Below, piece by piece: positions 48,250 through 61,413 of a stretch of DNA of 64,000 nt (the stretch's first letter is position 1; each line of letters starts with the position of its first letter). This DNA is from Cenarchaeum sp. (GTDB lineage: Archaea > Thermoproteota > Nitrososphaeria > Nitrososphaerales > Nitrosopumilaceae), in NCBI GenBank assembly GCA_963692915.1, contig OY843584.1:224001-288000 (forward strand), in the 5' to 3' direction. Under the pieces are notes generated by a model, which did no database searches, was not told where the DNA came from, and saw nothing but the letters and a program-made list of their open reading frames with translations. A program made the position numbers and the translations under genes.

Positions 48250-48998
48250 CCGGCAGCGCGCCGTCCGGTGCGCCGGGACATTCGCGCCGCTATGCGTTTT
48301 GCAGCAGCGGCATTGCGCTCTAGAATTACGGGTGACTCGACATCAAGCCATTCGGTCTTGCCAATGTCATATGCGCTAACGCCGCCAGAGGCTGCCATCG
48401 GCTGGAGTATGTCATACGAGAGGTCTACACGGGCAGCATCGCGCGACTTGCGGCGAACATTGCGCAGGACTGCGGCATCAAGGATGTACATGCCGAGGCA
48501 CTCGGACATTGGCAGGCTGACTGTTGGCTTTTCCCTAAACTCCTCGACTAGGCCGTCGCGAACGACGGCAAAGCCCGTCTCTTCCTTGCGTGTAGAGCGA
48601 ACCGCAACACACGCGCCGCGTGCGCTAGACTCATGGTGGCGCACCATTGCCCGTATGTCAAGGGCGCACAGGTTATCCGAGAACCACAGCAAAAACGCCC
48701 CGTCACCAAGCTCGGAGGCCGCGTGGAGGAGGTCGCCGGCAGTGCCGGCTGACGTTCCCTGCACGAACGAGACGGGGCATCCGAGCCTGGCGCGCTCTAG
48801 GTGGTTTCTGACCTGTGAGCCCTGCGCCTGCAGGTCGGCTATGACCACGATGCCGTCGACTGCGCGCGAGGCGCCGATGTGGCGCGCGATGAGCTCGACT
48901 ATGGGCCGCCCGCCAAGCGGCGTCATCGCCTTTGGAAAATAGTCAGTGTATGGCCTCCCGCGCGTTCCTGACCCGCCGGCCATTATGACGGCCTTCAT
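48246..48998 (-). CDS. Sugar-phosphate nucleotidyltransferase family protein
   Basis: AVIMAGGSGTR..P.T...PK, GTAG. Confidence 0.88.
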   Translation of the reverse strand: MKAVIMAGGSGTRGRPYTDYFPKAMTPLGGRPIVELIARHIGASRAVDGIVVIADLQAQGSQVRNHLERARLGCPVSFVQGTSAGTAGDLLHAASELGDGAFLLWFSDNLCALDIRAMVRHHESSARGACVAVRSTRKEETGFAVVRDGLVEEFREKPTVSLPMSECLGMYILDAAVLRNVRRKSRDAARVDLSYDILQPMAASGGVSAYDIGKTEWLDVESPVILERNAAAAKRIAARMSRRTGRRAAG

Positions 48999-49003
48999 GG
49001 CGG

Positions 49004-49453
49004 CTATCGGTAGGACTTTTGCTTGCGGCGCCTGGCGCCCTTGCCGCCGAACTTTTTGGGCTCCTTGCGCCTGGCGTCGCCGCTTATGAGGTACTTGTCG
49101 TGCTCGAGGATGCTCTTGCGCAGCTCGGCCCTCTCGGTCTTTGTGAGCGGGTGGTCCTTTGGCTCGTTCTTTGACTTTGTCCAGCCGACTAGCGCGCGCG
49201 ATATCGCCGTCGCCGCAGCGCCGGCCTGCCCCATAAACCCGCCGCCGTTGACGCGCACCGAGACGTCGATCTTGTCGCGCTTTTTGCCCGCTAGCCTGAG
49301 CGGCAGTAGGATCGTCTCGCGGGCCATCTCGTGTCCCATGAGCTCCACTGGAACGTTGTTGATTCGCACGCGCCCCTTGCCGCCTATGATGTGGACGTGT
49401 GCGCTAGCGGCCTTGCGCGTCGCAAAGTAAATTTCGGCCTTTGGCGTCGTCAT
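49004..49453 (-). CDS. rps9: 30S ribosomal protein S9
   Basis: GGGFMGQA, RRKEPKKFGGKGARRRKQKSYR. Confidence 0.97.
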   Translation of the reverse strand: MTTPKAEIYFATRKAASAHVHIIGGKGRVRINNVPVELMGHEMARETILLPLRLAGKKRDKIDVSVRVNGGGFMGQAGAAATAISRALVGWTKSKNEPKDHPLTKTERAELRKSILEHDKYLISGDARRKEPKKFGGKGARRRKQKSYR

Positions 49454-49950
49454 TTCGTCCAGCCCACCGTAGTGCCGAGGTCTGCCATGCTCGTGTACCT
49501 CGAGTGCGCGCCGCGCACCTTTGCCTTTTCAAACTGTATCTTTTTGTGCGACTTTAGGGGACTCGGTGTGCCAATGTATGCGCGAAGCCTCTTGTGTGCC
49601 GTTATTCCCGAGGGCTTTTTCCTCGGTAGCATGCCGCGAACCATGCGCGTCATTATCGTGTCAGGCCGACGCGGGTGGAACGGGCCATGCTTTGGGTGGA
49701 GTATGCTGGCAATCTCGAGGAACTTGCGATACTCGCCGACAATGCTTGCCCTGCTGCCGCTTATCATTATGCGCTCACAGTTCACCATCGAGACCCTGTT
49801 GCCCTGGAGGAGGAGCTTTGCGACGTTGGATGCGAGGCGGCCTGCAATGTGGTCAGTTGCGTCCACGACTATCATGCCGCCGGGCTTTGGCGCGCCCACC
49901 GTCTCCTGCTTTGCCGCAGCGACGTCTGCTGCGCCTGCGGGACTATCCAA
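49450..49950 (-). CDS. rpl13: 50S ribosomal protein L13
   Basis: VDA...GRLAS.VAK, GPFHPRRPD, RGMLP. Confidence 0.96.
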   Translation of the reverse strand: MDSPAGAADVAAAKQETVGAPKPGGMIVVDATDHIAGRLASNVAKLLLQGNRVSMVNCERIMISGSRASIVGEYRKFLEIASILHPKHGPFHPRRPDTIMTRMVRGMLPRKKPSGITAHKRLRAYIGTPSPLKSHKKIQFEKAKVRGAHSRYTSMADLGTTVGWTK

Positions 49951-50290
49951 GGAGCTTCACCCCAGTGCCTGCCGGATGCATCTCGGCTAGGCGCTCGATC
50001 GTGACGACGTCCCCGCCGGCCTCCCTGACCTTTGCGGCCGCCGCGCGCGAGACTGCAAATGCGCCAAGCGTCACGGCATGATCAATCCCGCCGGTCCCGA
50101 GAACCTTTCCGGGCACGGCGACGACATCGCTGGCCTTTGTGAGGCTTGCGATCTTGTTGACGTTCACGGTTCGGCGCGCGACTGTCGGCTTTAGGGCCTG
50201 TTCGGCCATGCGGGCCCATATGGGCGCGTCATTGCCGGCTGCTGCCTTTTTGAGGCGGCGGGCCATGTCGACGGTGTGCTGTGCTGTCAT
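49943..50290 (-). CDS. rpl18e: 50S ribosomal protein L18e
   Basis: APIW, VNVNKI, VPGKVLG; GTATATTA box about 30 nt upstream. Confidence 0.95.
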   Translation of the reverse strand: MTAQHTVDMARRLKKAAAGNDAPIWARMAEQALKPTVARRTVNVNKIASLTKASDVVAVPGKVLGTGGIDHAVTLGAFAVSRAAAAKVREAGGDVVTIERLAEMHPAGTGVKLLG

Positions 50291-50808
50291 CTGCGAGACC
50301 CCTCCCTGGCCCAAATGTAATATACCTTGCTAGGCGTTGGGCATATGCGATCCACGCCTATCTGCCCATTTGGTCATATGGGCGTAATCCTGCCGATCTA
50401 CTTGCCCACTGCGGCGCCTGCCTAGGCATGATTGGGCAGGACGCTGACCTCATACCGTTGGTCTCGTGTATGCCCTAGACTTGGCGCTTGACCGGCTCTA
50501 GCACATGGTAGACTAGGGCGCCTGTTTTCAGTTCCAAGATGCTACCTGGACGTATATGGGAGGCTTGCCGTCATCTATATGCGGTGTGCTTGTGGCCGGA
50601 TCGGCCTGGGGTAGGTTCTAACCATGCCCATCTTCGGAGATATGATGGCGGCTTCGGCAAAGTGTGCGTGGAACTTCACACGCCCCTGCTAGAATGCCTG
50701 TGATGTGCGCGATGCCTGCCCTGGCTCGCACAATGAATTCTCCTAGCAGCTCGTAGAGAACAAAACCGCCTTTCATGTGATTTGTTCCTGCCTTATTTGA
50801 CCATTGGC

Positions 50809-53558
50809 CTAACCATTCACAATATCATCTAAATACTCATGCAGGCTATCTCGTACCTCTCCTTCAGTTTTTTCATAAATTTCCTTCCATTCCCACCTTC
50901 CAAATCTTCCGTCCTCGCTTACAGCATCAGTCCACAGATTGGCAAATGTGGCTTTCATCTTGTTACGTTCATCTTCATACCCTTTTATTTCCAATATTAT
51001 GTGGGTTCCATTAACAAGAACTACTAGAAAGTCTGGAAAGTACTGTCTTGTTGTCCCATCTACATCTCTATAGTCAATTGTAAACCCCACAGCACTATTG
51101 TTGCGTATATATGAAACAACATTTGGATTATTGTCCATTGCTTTTGCCACACTTTTTTCCCAACTGCTATCAAAAGTTGACATAATTGTATGCGTTTTTT
51201 TGGTTTTTATTGCTTTATGTTTTGGCACGTGTCTATGACGTATATCGTGTGTGGATCTAGTCTGACAATACGGATCAAGTTCTATGTTACTTTGTTTAGA
51301 AATTCTGCTGTTGTTTACTATTATTCGCCAAATGTGACGCACTATTGAACCCATATTGCATATGAGCAGACGTTTTTCTTCACTGCTATCTTGTGGTTTT
51401 TCATACTGGATAATTTTGTTATCTAGCGCTTCTCTTACAAGCACAGTAATGTGAGGAAATAATGTATGATCTTCTCCTTCAAACAATTCACGTTCTGTCT
51501 CGTATATTCTTGCAGCGGCTTCAAATATTATTGACTGCATTCTCACATTTTCATAATTTCCCTTAAACGGTATGTCTCCCGCTTTGCCAATAACCCTTTT
51601 TTGATCAATATCGACATTAAAAATTTCTGTCGGCGCTGTATTATTTGATATTGTTATGTGTTTTTCACCATTCCAATCGATTGGTTGGATGATCTTGGTT
51701 GTCCTTTTTGTAATACTGCCGATCACATTGGGCCACTCTATGGAATATTTTTTACGAGTAGGGTCGGGCGCAATCTCTATTAATAATATGGGGTCTACTG
51801 GTTCGCCTTTACCCTCTAGCGGCATTATCTGAAATGGGACACCTATCACAGTCACACGTTCTTCTGGAAACATGCCTTCTTCGTCTATTTCATATGACAC
51901 TCTTCTAAGCCCTCGTCCAATTACCTGTTCACATAATAACTGTGAATCAAATGCACGTAACCCCAGTATGTGTTGCACGTTCTTTGCGTCCCATCCTTCT
52001 GACAACATGTTGACTGATGTGATGTTGTTGACTAGAGCACCTGCTTCACCGTGCTTTCCCACTGTATTTATTTTTTGACGTAGGATCTCTGCATATTTCT
52101 TTTTATTGATTTCCCCATTTGTATCTGTGGGGATTTCTAACTGCTCTGCTATTTTTAGTGCTTTTATTGCCTCACTATCCATATGTATGGCAGTTTTCTT
52201 ATCATATATGTCTGTTCCAAATTTACCATTTTGTAATTCCGAGAACACACGTTCAGCCGTGTGCGTGTTATTACATATCGTTATGAATACTGGGGGTGCC
52301 GACCAGCCAATTTTTGATTTAGAATGTTTTATCCAATTTGTATGCTGTTTGTGCCATTCTGCTGCTAGCCGAGCATATTCTTTTCTGACCTGATCGGGAA
52401 GTGCAGATAGTTTCCCATTTTTTGGCTTGCTTTTATTGAGATCGCGTTCACATATTCGATACACTGATTCAGTTTTTGGGTTATTGCTGAATGGAACCAT
52501 GCCTGATCCGGGTTCTATGACGCCTCCTATCACAGGAGTTTTTACCAAGCCTGATTCTATGGCATCCATGAATCCAAAATCTGAAATTATCCATCCGAAC
52601 ACTCTGAACTTTGGATTTGGCCTAAATGGTGTTGCGCTAAAGTCATGACATCGTAAAATTCCTCCCGCGTCGTGTATCTCATCAAGTCCCTGCATCCATT
52701 TTGCGTCGTCCCCACCAATGTCTCGCCATGCGTGATGCCCTTCATCATTTATGACCAGTATTTTGCCTTCATATTCAAATCCTAAAATGCGTGTCGCAAA
52801 TGCTTTTGATGTTTCACGTCCTTTTTTTGCATATACCACTTGTTTACCAGTATCGTCTTGCAGCTTAAATTTGTGCCAATTGCATATTGCAATTTTCATT
52901 TCAGATAGGGTGCCACGATATCTATTGGGAATTATGTCAAATTCTTCATATATCTCATTTCGGAGTGTTTGAAGCCGTTCATATATTGTTAAATTTGGGG
53001 CGATTACTAAAAATTTGTTTGTAAATCTTGGATCCTTTGAGTTTTGCCAATAATTTATTGTTTGCCAGGCAATTAACATTCCCATCACGACTGTTTTGCC
53101 GGTTCCTGTGGCCATCTTCGAACACCACCGTTCAAACTCACCACCATCTCCTAAACGAAGCTTTTTTCGCTCGTCATCGGTGGCAATCTCTGCGAGCCAA
53201 ATTATTGTCTCTATTGCTTCAATTTGGCACCAGAAAAACTTCATATCTCGATTTCGCTGATTTTCATTACTAGTCCAATATTCTAACAACCGTCGTGTAG
53301 CTACTGTCGTTCCGCTATATCGAAATGCTCCGTTTTTTCCATTTCTCCACGATGATACTTTTTGGCGTATGTGGTTGACTTGTTCTAATTCTACAAATGT
53401 GATCTCCTGAGAGCGTTTCTTACTGCCGGCTTTCATCCGTACATATCCTGCATTCCGTCGGATTGGTTTTTGTTCATATTGTCCATTTTTTAACATAGCC
53501 CAATGTTTATTGGGCTCAACAAATGGACTGCAGATTACCATTCTATCTATCATTATAT

Positions 53559-53562
<4 letters not shown>
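50809..53562 (-). CDS. res: Type III restriction enzyme Res subunit (SF2 helicase plus PD-(D/E)XK nuclease)
   Basis: KMATGTGKT, DEGHH, SATP, QVIGRGLRR, C-terminal YFPDF...ILEIKG; GTGA overlap with mod stop. Confidence 0.92.
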
Positions 53563-56122
<2,560 letters not shown>

Positions 56123-56147
56123 TACGCGCCTCGTGTGTGCTGTGTGC

Positions 56148-56166
56148 CGTTTATTCCTATTTTGCG
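56148..56166 (-). promoter_or_regulatory. Putative BRE/TATA of the mod-res operon
   Basis: Minus strand GCAAAATAGGAATAAACG about 28-33 nt upstream of ATG 56122, similar to the leaderless spacing elsewhere. Confidence 0.5.
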
Positions 56167-56221
56167 GTACGAGACTCCAAGAATGTGCGGGTGGCTAACC
56201 TCATGCATGCTGGCCACGCAA

Positions 56222-56860
56222 TCACGATGCCGCAGGCGCGGTCTTTATGCCCTCGACGACGTCACGAAAGTCCTCTAGCCTGATCTGCAGCTCGTCGATG
56301 GCCGCCGAGAGTATCTGTGAGGGCTCTAGTGCGCCAGTCGACTCTACTGTGAGAAGGTGCTCGTCATCAGAGTCGCCCTCGGTGAGGACGGCAATGTTGG
56401 CCGAGTTCCACTTTGCGTGCTCTGTGCCGCGCCCGAGGCGAGCGTACGCCTCGACCTTTACCTTTTGGCCCGGCGCGAGCTGCACTATGGGTATCTTGTC
56501 AGATGACGGCTTTACGTACGTGTCCTGTGAGGTCATGTCAGCAGAGAGTATCGTGCGCGTCTCGTCGGCGACCTCGTCGATCACGAGCATGACCCTGTTT
56601 GAGGACTCGTTGACGTCGATCTCGCGGATGTTCTTGAACTCTGTGAGGTCCGTCTTTAGCGGAATTAGGCCCAGACGGTGCGCAAGCGCCTCGTCTGGAA
56701 GTGATGACGTGTTCTCGATGACGTCGACTGTGTCCACTGCAAACACCATGATCCCGTTGAGGCATATCCGGCGCAGCGCGTTTGCGTACTGGAGGGGGAT
56801 GCCCTTGAGGCGCGCAGTTGCGCGACCGTCCTCCTCCTTTGCTATCTCTATGGATGCCAT
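56222..56860 (-). CDS. rpoD: DNA-directed RNA polymerase subunit D (Rpo3)
   Basis: ANALRRI, NTS.L.DE.LAHRLGLIP, G.G.EHAKW. Confidence 0.96.
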   Translation of the reverse strand: MASIEIAKEEDGRATARLKGIPLQYANALRRICLNGIMVFAVDTVDVIENTSSLPDEALAHRLGLIPLKTDLTEFKNIREIDVNESSNRVMLVIDEVADETRTILSADMTSQDTYVKPSSDKIPIVQLAPGQKVKVEAYARLGRGTEHAKWNSANIAVLTEGDSDDEHLLTVESTGALEPSQILSAAIDELQIRLEDFRDVVEGIKTAPAAS

Positions 56861-57480
56861 CTTGCAGCCCAAAATGCCCTGATCTCCCCATAAATACCTA
56901 CTAGGGGCACGCGCGCTTTTTGGCGGCCTTCTGTGGCTTTACGGCATTTCTGGCCTTGGGGATCAGGCGGCTGTTCTGTCATGTGCAGGCCCGATCCTGC
57001 AGGTCACATCGGCACCCGCGTCTCGGTTCGCGCCTATCGACCCTGACGGATATCCGCGACCCTGCCCTAGTGCAGACGCCTACCATCATGCGTGCGTGGA
57101 TGTGGAGACTTGGGTCACGGCTCGTCGGCGACGCGGACTGGCCTTGCAGTCGGCATCATGCGCGCGCGAACATTGGATCTTTTGGGTCAGCTGGCACAAC
57201 ACACTACAATGTGCACACCGACACAACCGGTGCGTGCATGTGCGTGCCTGCCCGCAGACCTAGTCGCAAACCGCCCGCCTCGCGCACGAATTCCACGTCG
57301 GTCGGATATGCCGTGCCCTGATATGTTTGGGTGATGCGCACGGCGGCATCCTGGCACGCCAGGGCGAGAAAACCTCCGCGCCGCACGGGTGACTTTGCCC
57401 AATGACTGCCGGTGACGCGCACTGGCCACGCCGCGCGCAGCGCCCACAGATAAATAGGCGTGCAGTCGGGGGGTTGCGAC

Positions 57481-58167
57481 ATGGCCGACATGAGCGTCGT
57501 AAAGTATTCGCACGATGGGGAGCGCTTTGAGATACTCGTAAAGCCAGACCCCGCACTTGACTACAAGCTCGGCAAAAAGTCAGACATCTCGCAGGTTCTC
57601 GTCTCTGATGAGATATACTCGGACTCTGGCCGTGGAACGCGCGCCTCCTCTGAAAAGCTCCTAAAGGCGTTCAAGACAGATGACGCGACTGCGATAGCCG
57701 AGCACATACTAAAGCACGGTGACCTCGGCCTGACGACTGACCAGCGCCGCAAGATGATCGAGGAGAAGCGCAAGAGAATAGTCGACGAGATAGCGCGCAC
57801 GTACGTGGATCCACGATCACACCTGCCCCATCCGCCGATGCGCGTCGAGCAGGCCATGAAGGACGCGCGGATCACGATAGACCCACAAAAGGCCATCCCC
57901 GAGCAGGTCTCGCGTATCGTCGACGAGCTGCGCAGCGTCATCCCGCTAAAGTCTGAGACGATGACCCTGGAGATCATAGTTCCGGCCCAGTATGCGGCCC
58001 AGTCGTACTCTGTCCTAAAGTCAGCCGGCTCGCTAAAGCGAGAAGAGTGGCTACAGAACGGCTCCCTAAAGGCAATACTTGAAATACCCGCCGCATCGCG
58101 GCCCGGCGTGCTAGACAGGCTAGCCTCAGTCACCAAGGGAACGGCGAGCGCCGAGATGCAGAAATGA
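57481..58167 (+). CDS. Ribosome maturation factor SBDS/Sdo1
   Basis: ERFEILV.PD, TTDQRRKM.E.K, PHPP.R. Confidence 0.94.
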   Translation: MADMSVVKYSHDGERFEILVKPDPALDYKLGKKSDISQVLVSDEIYSDSGRGTRASSEKLLKAFKTDDATAIAEHILKHGDLGLTTDQRRKMIEEKRKRIVDEIARTYVDPRSHLPHPPMRVEQAMKDARITIDPQKAIPEQVSRIVDELRSVIPLKSETMTLEIIVPAQYAAQSYSVLKSAGSLKREEWLQNGSLKAILEIPAASRPGVLDRLASVTKGTASAEMQK

Positions 58168-58847
58168 CCCCGCATGGCATGCCGCACAAAGTGGTGCCCG
58201 GAGACGTCATCACGCGCGAGGCTCGCAGGGCCGGCGACAATGTCGTCCTCGATGGTGACACGCTTGTCTCCTCGGCCGTCGGCCTCGTCAGCGTGACTGA
58301 TGACACGGTGAGCGTCATGCCCCTTGCCGGCAAGTACATCCCAAAGCCCGATGACCTCATCGTCGGCATGGTCATATCGCACACGTCACAGGCCTGGGAG
58401 CTAGACATCAACGCGCCGTATGTCGGCTTTCTCCTTGCCACTGACGTCTTTGGCCGCGACTTTGCCTCACACGCCGATGAGCTCACCTCAAAGCTCGCCC
58501 TCGGCGACCTCGTGGCAGCCCGCGTCGCCAACTTTGACCGGACGCGCGACCCGCTCATCACGATAGACGACCGTGACCTCGGCAAGATAGACTCTGGCGA
58601 GCTCGTAAAGATGTCGCCGGGCAAGGTCGCAAGCCTCATCGGCAAGCAGGGCAGCATGATCCAGGCCATAGAGACGGCGACTGACGCGGCCATCACGATA
58701 GGGCAGAACGGGTGGGTCGTGATCTCCTGCGACAACCCCGATGGCTTATTAAGGGCCAAAAGGGCAGTTGAGACGATTGAGCAAGAGGCATATTCACCAG
58801 GGCTTATGGACAGGGTCAAGTCCGTCCTTGGGTCGAGGAGCGGATAG
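58164..58847 (+). CDS. rrp4: Exosome RNA-binding subunit Rrp4
   Basis: YIPKPDDLIVG S1 domain, KH motif LIGKQGSMI, GQNG. Confidence 0.94.
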   Translation: MTPHGMPHKVVPGDVITREARRAGDNVVLDGDTLVSSAVGLVSVTDDTVSVMPLAGKYIPKPDDLIVGMVISHTSQAWELDINAPYVGFLLATDVFGRDFASHADELTSKLALGDLVAARVANFDRTRDPLITIDDRDLGKIDSGELVKMSPGKVASLIGKQGSMIQAIETATDAAITIGQNGWVVISCDNPDGLLRAKRAVETIEQEAYSPGLMDRVKSVLGSRSG

Positions 58848-58850
58848 GAC

Positions 58851-59585
58851 ATGGGCGGACGGGACACAGACGTCGTACTGCTAGACGCCAATGGCATTCG
58901 CTGTGACGGTCGCAAGATCGACGAGCCTCGCCGCGTAATGATAAAGGCCGGCGTCCTCCACAACGCAAACGGCTCGGCATACATTGAGTTTGGTGACAAC
59001 AAGATAATCGCCGGCGTGTTCGGCCCGCGTGACGTGCACCCAAAGCACCAGTCAAACGCCGAGACGGGGATACTGCGCGTGCGCTACCACATGCAGCCAT
59101 ACTCGGTGACCGAGCGCAAGAGGCCAGCGCCGTCGCGCCGCGAGATCGAGATATCAAAGGTGATAAAGGAGGCGCTCCTGCCGGCAGTCATGCTCGAAAA
59201 GTTTCCGCGGACCGCAGTTGACGTGTTCATTGAGATACTCCAGGCCGATGGCGGCTCGCGTTGCGCGGCCCTTGATGCCGCAGCCGTCGCGCTAGCCGAT
59301 GCGGGAATACCGATGAGGGACATGGTCTCGGCATGTGCTGCCGGCAAGGTTGCTGACACGATCGTCCTTGACGTCAACAACGAGGAGGACCAGGCCGGCC
59401 AGGCCGACATGCCCGTGGCCATAATGCCGTCATCCGGCAAGGTCACGCTCCTGCAGCTCGACGGCGTGCTCAGCGCAGACGAATACAAGCGGTGCGTGCA
59501 GACGGGCATTAACGGGTGCAGGCTAGTCTATGAGATACAGAAAAAGGCGCTAGAGGAGCGCTACTTTGCGGGGGCGAGCCAGTAA
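58851..59585 (+). CDS. rrp41: Exosome catalytic subunit Rrp41
   Basis: GSAYIEFG, SRREIEISK, ADGGSRCA. Confidence 0.96.
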   Translation: MGGRDTDVVLLDANGIRCDGRKIDEPRRVMIKAGVLHNANGSAYIEFGDNKIIAGVFGPRDVHPKHQSNAETGILRVRYHMQPYSVTERKRPAPSRREIEISKVIKEALLPAVMLEKFPRTAVDVFIEILQADGGSRCAALDAAAVALADAGIPMRDMVSACAAGKVADTIVLDVNNEEDQAGQADMPVAIMPSSGKVTLLQLDGVLSADEYKRCVQTGINGCRLVYEIQKKALEERYFAGASQ

Positions 59586-60400
59586 TGGGAACAGTCTCGA
59601 TACTTGACGGCCTAAAGCGCAAGATGGTGACTGACTCGCTGGCCTCCGGGCGCCGTACTGACGGGCGCACGTCAGGCGAGATGCGCGAGCTGACAATAGA
59701 GACGGGCGTCATACCAAAGGCCGAGGGCTCGGCTCGTGTGCGCCTGGGCCGCACCGAGGTCGTCACTGGCGTAAAGGTAAACCCCGACAGGCCGTTTCCG
59801 GACACGGGCGATCGCGGCACGTTCATCTGCACTGCCGAGATTCCGCCGCTGGCACATCCGGACGCCGAGGCCGGTCCGCCAAGCGAGGCTGTCATAGAGC
59901 TCGCGCGCGTCGTCGACCGCGGCATACGCGAGAGCCACATGGTCGACATGTCGCAGCTCGTCATAAAGCGCGACGTCTCAGTCATCGGCGTGTTCACCGA
60001 CAACGCCGTGCTAGACAACGGCGGCAACCTCTTTGATGCGTGCTCGTATGCCTCGACGGCCGCAATCCTCTCGTGCAAGATGCCAGTGTGGGAGATGGTC
60101 GATGACGCGCCAAAGCGCGTCGAGGGCCAGTTGCGCGACCCGCCGATCACGACGGTTCCGGTCTCGGTGACGATGGGCCGCATAGGCGACCACATTGTCG
60201 TGGACCCAAACGCAGACGAGTGGATGTGCCTTGATGCGAGGCTGACGATAACGACAAACTCGGATGGCAACATCTGCGCGCTCCAAAAGGGCGGACGTGA
60301 CGGCTTTACGCCCGAGCAGCTCAACGAGTGCGCCGAGACGGCAATCTCGGTGGGCGCACGCGTGCGCCCAAAGCTAGAGGCGGCCCGTTCGGGTCGGTGA
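59585..60400 (+). CDS. rrp42: Exosome subunit Rrp42
   Basis: RTDGR, PFPDT, ELARVVDRGIRES, LQKGG. Confidence 0.95.
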   Translation: MGTVSILDGLKRKMVTDSLASGRRTDGRTSGEMRELTIETGVIPKAEGSARVRLGRTEVVTGVKVNPDRPFPDTGDRGTFICTAEIPPLAHPDAEAGPPSEAVIELARVVDRGIRESHMVDMSQLVIKRDVSVIGVFTDNAVLDNGGNLFDACSYASTAAILSCKMPVWEMVDDAPKRVEGQLRDPPITTVPVSVTMGRIGDHIVVDPNADEWMCLDARLTITTNSDGNICALQKGGRDGFTPEQLNECAETAISVGARVRPKLEAARSGR

Positions 60401-60407
60401 GCGCGCC

Positions 60408-60617
60408 ATGGCCAAGAAAAAGTCACTCAAGGGTCTTGGCACGAGATACGGTATAAAGATCCGCAAACAGTACACAAAGATACACCTACAACTAAAGCAA
60501 AAGCGCGCATGTCCCGAGTGTGGCGCGATGCGCGTCACGCGTGTCGCAGTCGGGATATGGTCGTGCAAAAAGTGTGGCTATACCGTTGCCGGCACGGCTT
60601 ACAATGTCAAGCTCTAG
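60408..60617 (+). CDS. rpl37ae: 50S ribosomal protein L37Ae
   Basis: RYG..IRK, CPEC...GIWSCKKC...AG.AY. Confidence 0.95.
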   Translation: MAKKKSLKGLGTRYGIKIRKQYTKIHLQLKQKRACPECGAMRVTRVAVGIWSCKKCGYTVAGTAYNVKL

Positions 60618-60840
60618 TGCGCGCATAGAGGTTCATGCCGGCGAGCTCGCCGGCTCGATCATCGAGTCACTCTCCGGTGAGGGCGGCTATGGCATGACCA
60701 TGGCGCGAGAGGGCGACAAGGTCATCATAGACCTGGACGAGCAGGCACTTCCGCACCTGCGCGCTGCGATAAACTCTGTGCTCCGCCTGGTCCAGGCCGG
60801 CCATGGCGCACTTGACGCGTCTGGCACGCCGCGCGGGTAG
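60604..60840 (+). CDS. pcc1: KEOPS complex subunit Pcc1
   Basis: LRAAINSVLRLV motif; position in the exosome superoperon. Confidence 0.8.
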   Translation: MSSSSARIEVHAGELAGSIIESLSGEGGYGMTMAREGDKVIIDLDEQALPHLRAAINSVLRLVQAGHGALDASGTPRG

Positions 60841-60850
60841 GTGTGCGGGC

Positions 60851-61336
60851 ATGCGCCGTGCGCGCGAGTCACCAGAGGTGCGCAGCCGCATAATGTCGGC
60901 CATACGCTCGACGAACACAAAGCCAGAGATTGCCGTGCGCCGCGCCATCTGGAGCCGCGGCCTGCGCTACCGCATACACGACAGGTCTGTTCCGGGCACG
61001 CCGGACATCTCCAACAGGTCGCGACGCGTGGCCGTGTTCATCGACGGGTGCTTTTGGCACGCGTGCCCCAAATGCTACCGCGAGCCTCGCTCCAACGTGG
61101 CGTTCTGGCGCGCCAAGATATCGCGCAACAGGGCACGGCGAGCCGAGGTCAAAAAGATGCTCAACGTCGATGGCTGGCTCGTCGTGCAGGCCTGGGAGCA
61201 TGAGATTCGGCGCAGCCCCGAGCGTGTTGCTGACCGCATCGAGAGAAAGTTCAGGATCGGCGCAGCACGGGAGCGTGCGGGCCATGGCAGGGGGGCGACA
61301 CGGCGGCGCGCCATGCCGCAACGTGGTCGGTCCTAG
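60851..61336 (+). CDS. vsr: Very short patch repair endonuclease
   Basis: RSRIMSAIRS.NTKPE, PGTPDI, FIDGCFWH.CP, WEHE. Confidence 0.92.
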   Translation: MRRARESPEVRSRIMSAIRSTNTKPEIAVRRAIWSRGLRYRIHDRSVPGTPDISNRSRRVAVFIDGCFWHACPKCYREPRSNVAFWRAKISRNRARRAEVKKMLNVDGWLVVQAWEHEIRRSPERVADRIERKFRIGAARERAGHGRGATRRRAMPQRGRS

Positions 61337-61413
61337 GACTGCGTTCGTGCGCGATCCTGGGATCGGCGGTATGGTTAAAATATAGACCGCCACGAGCCCG
61401 CCTCGAGATCGCC

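Noticed and set aside
50330-50800. Third gene or att repeats at the island's left edge
   Set aside because: Only short non-protein-like ORFs; the only shared boundary sequence noticed was a 6-mer (GGCCAG), too short to be meaningful.
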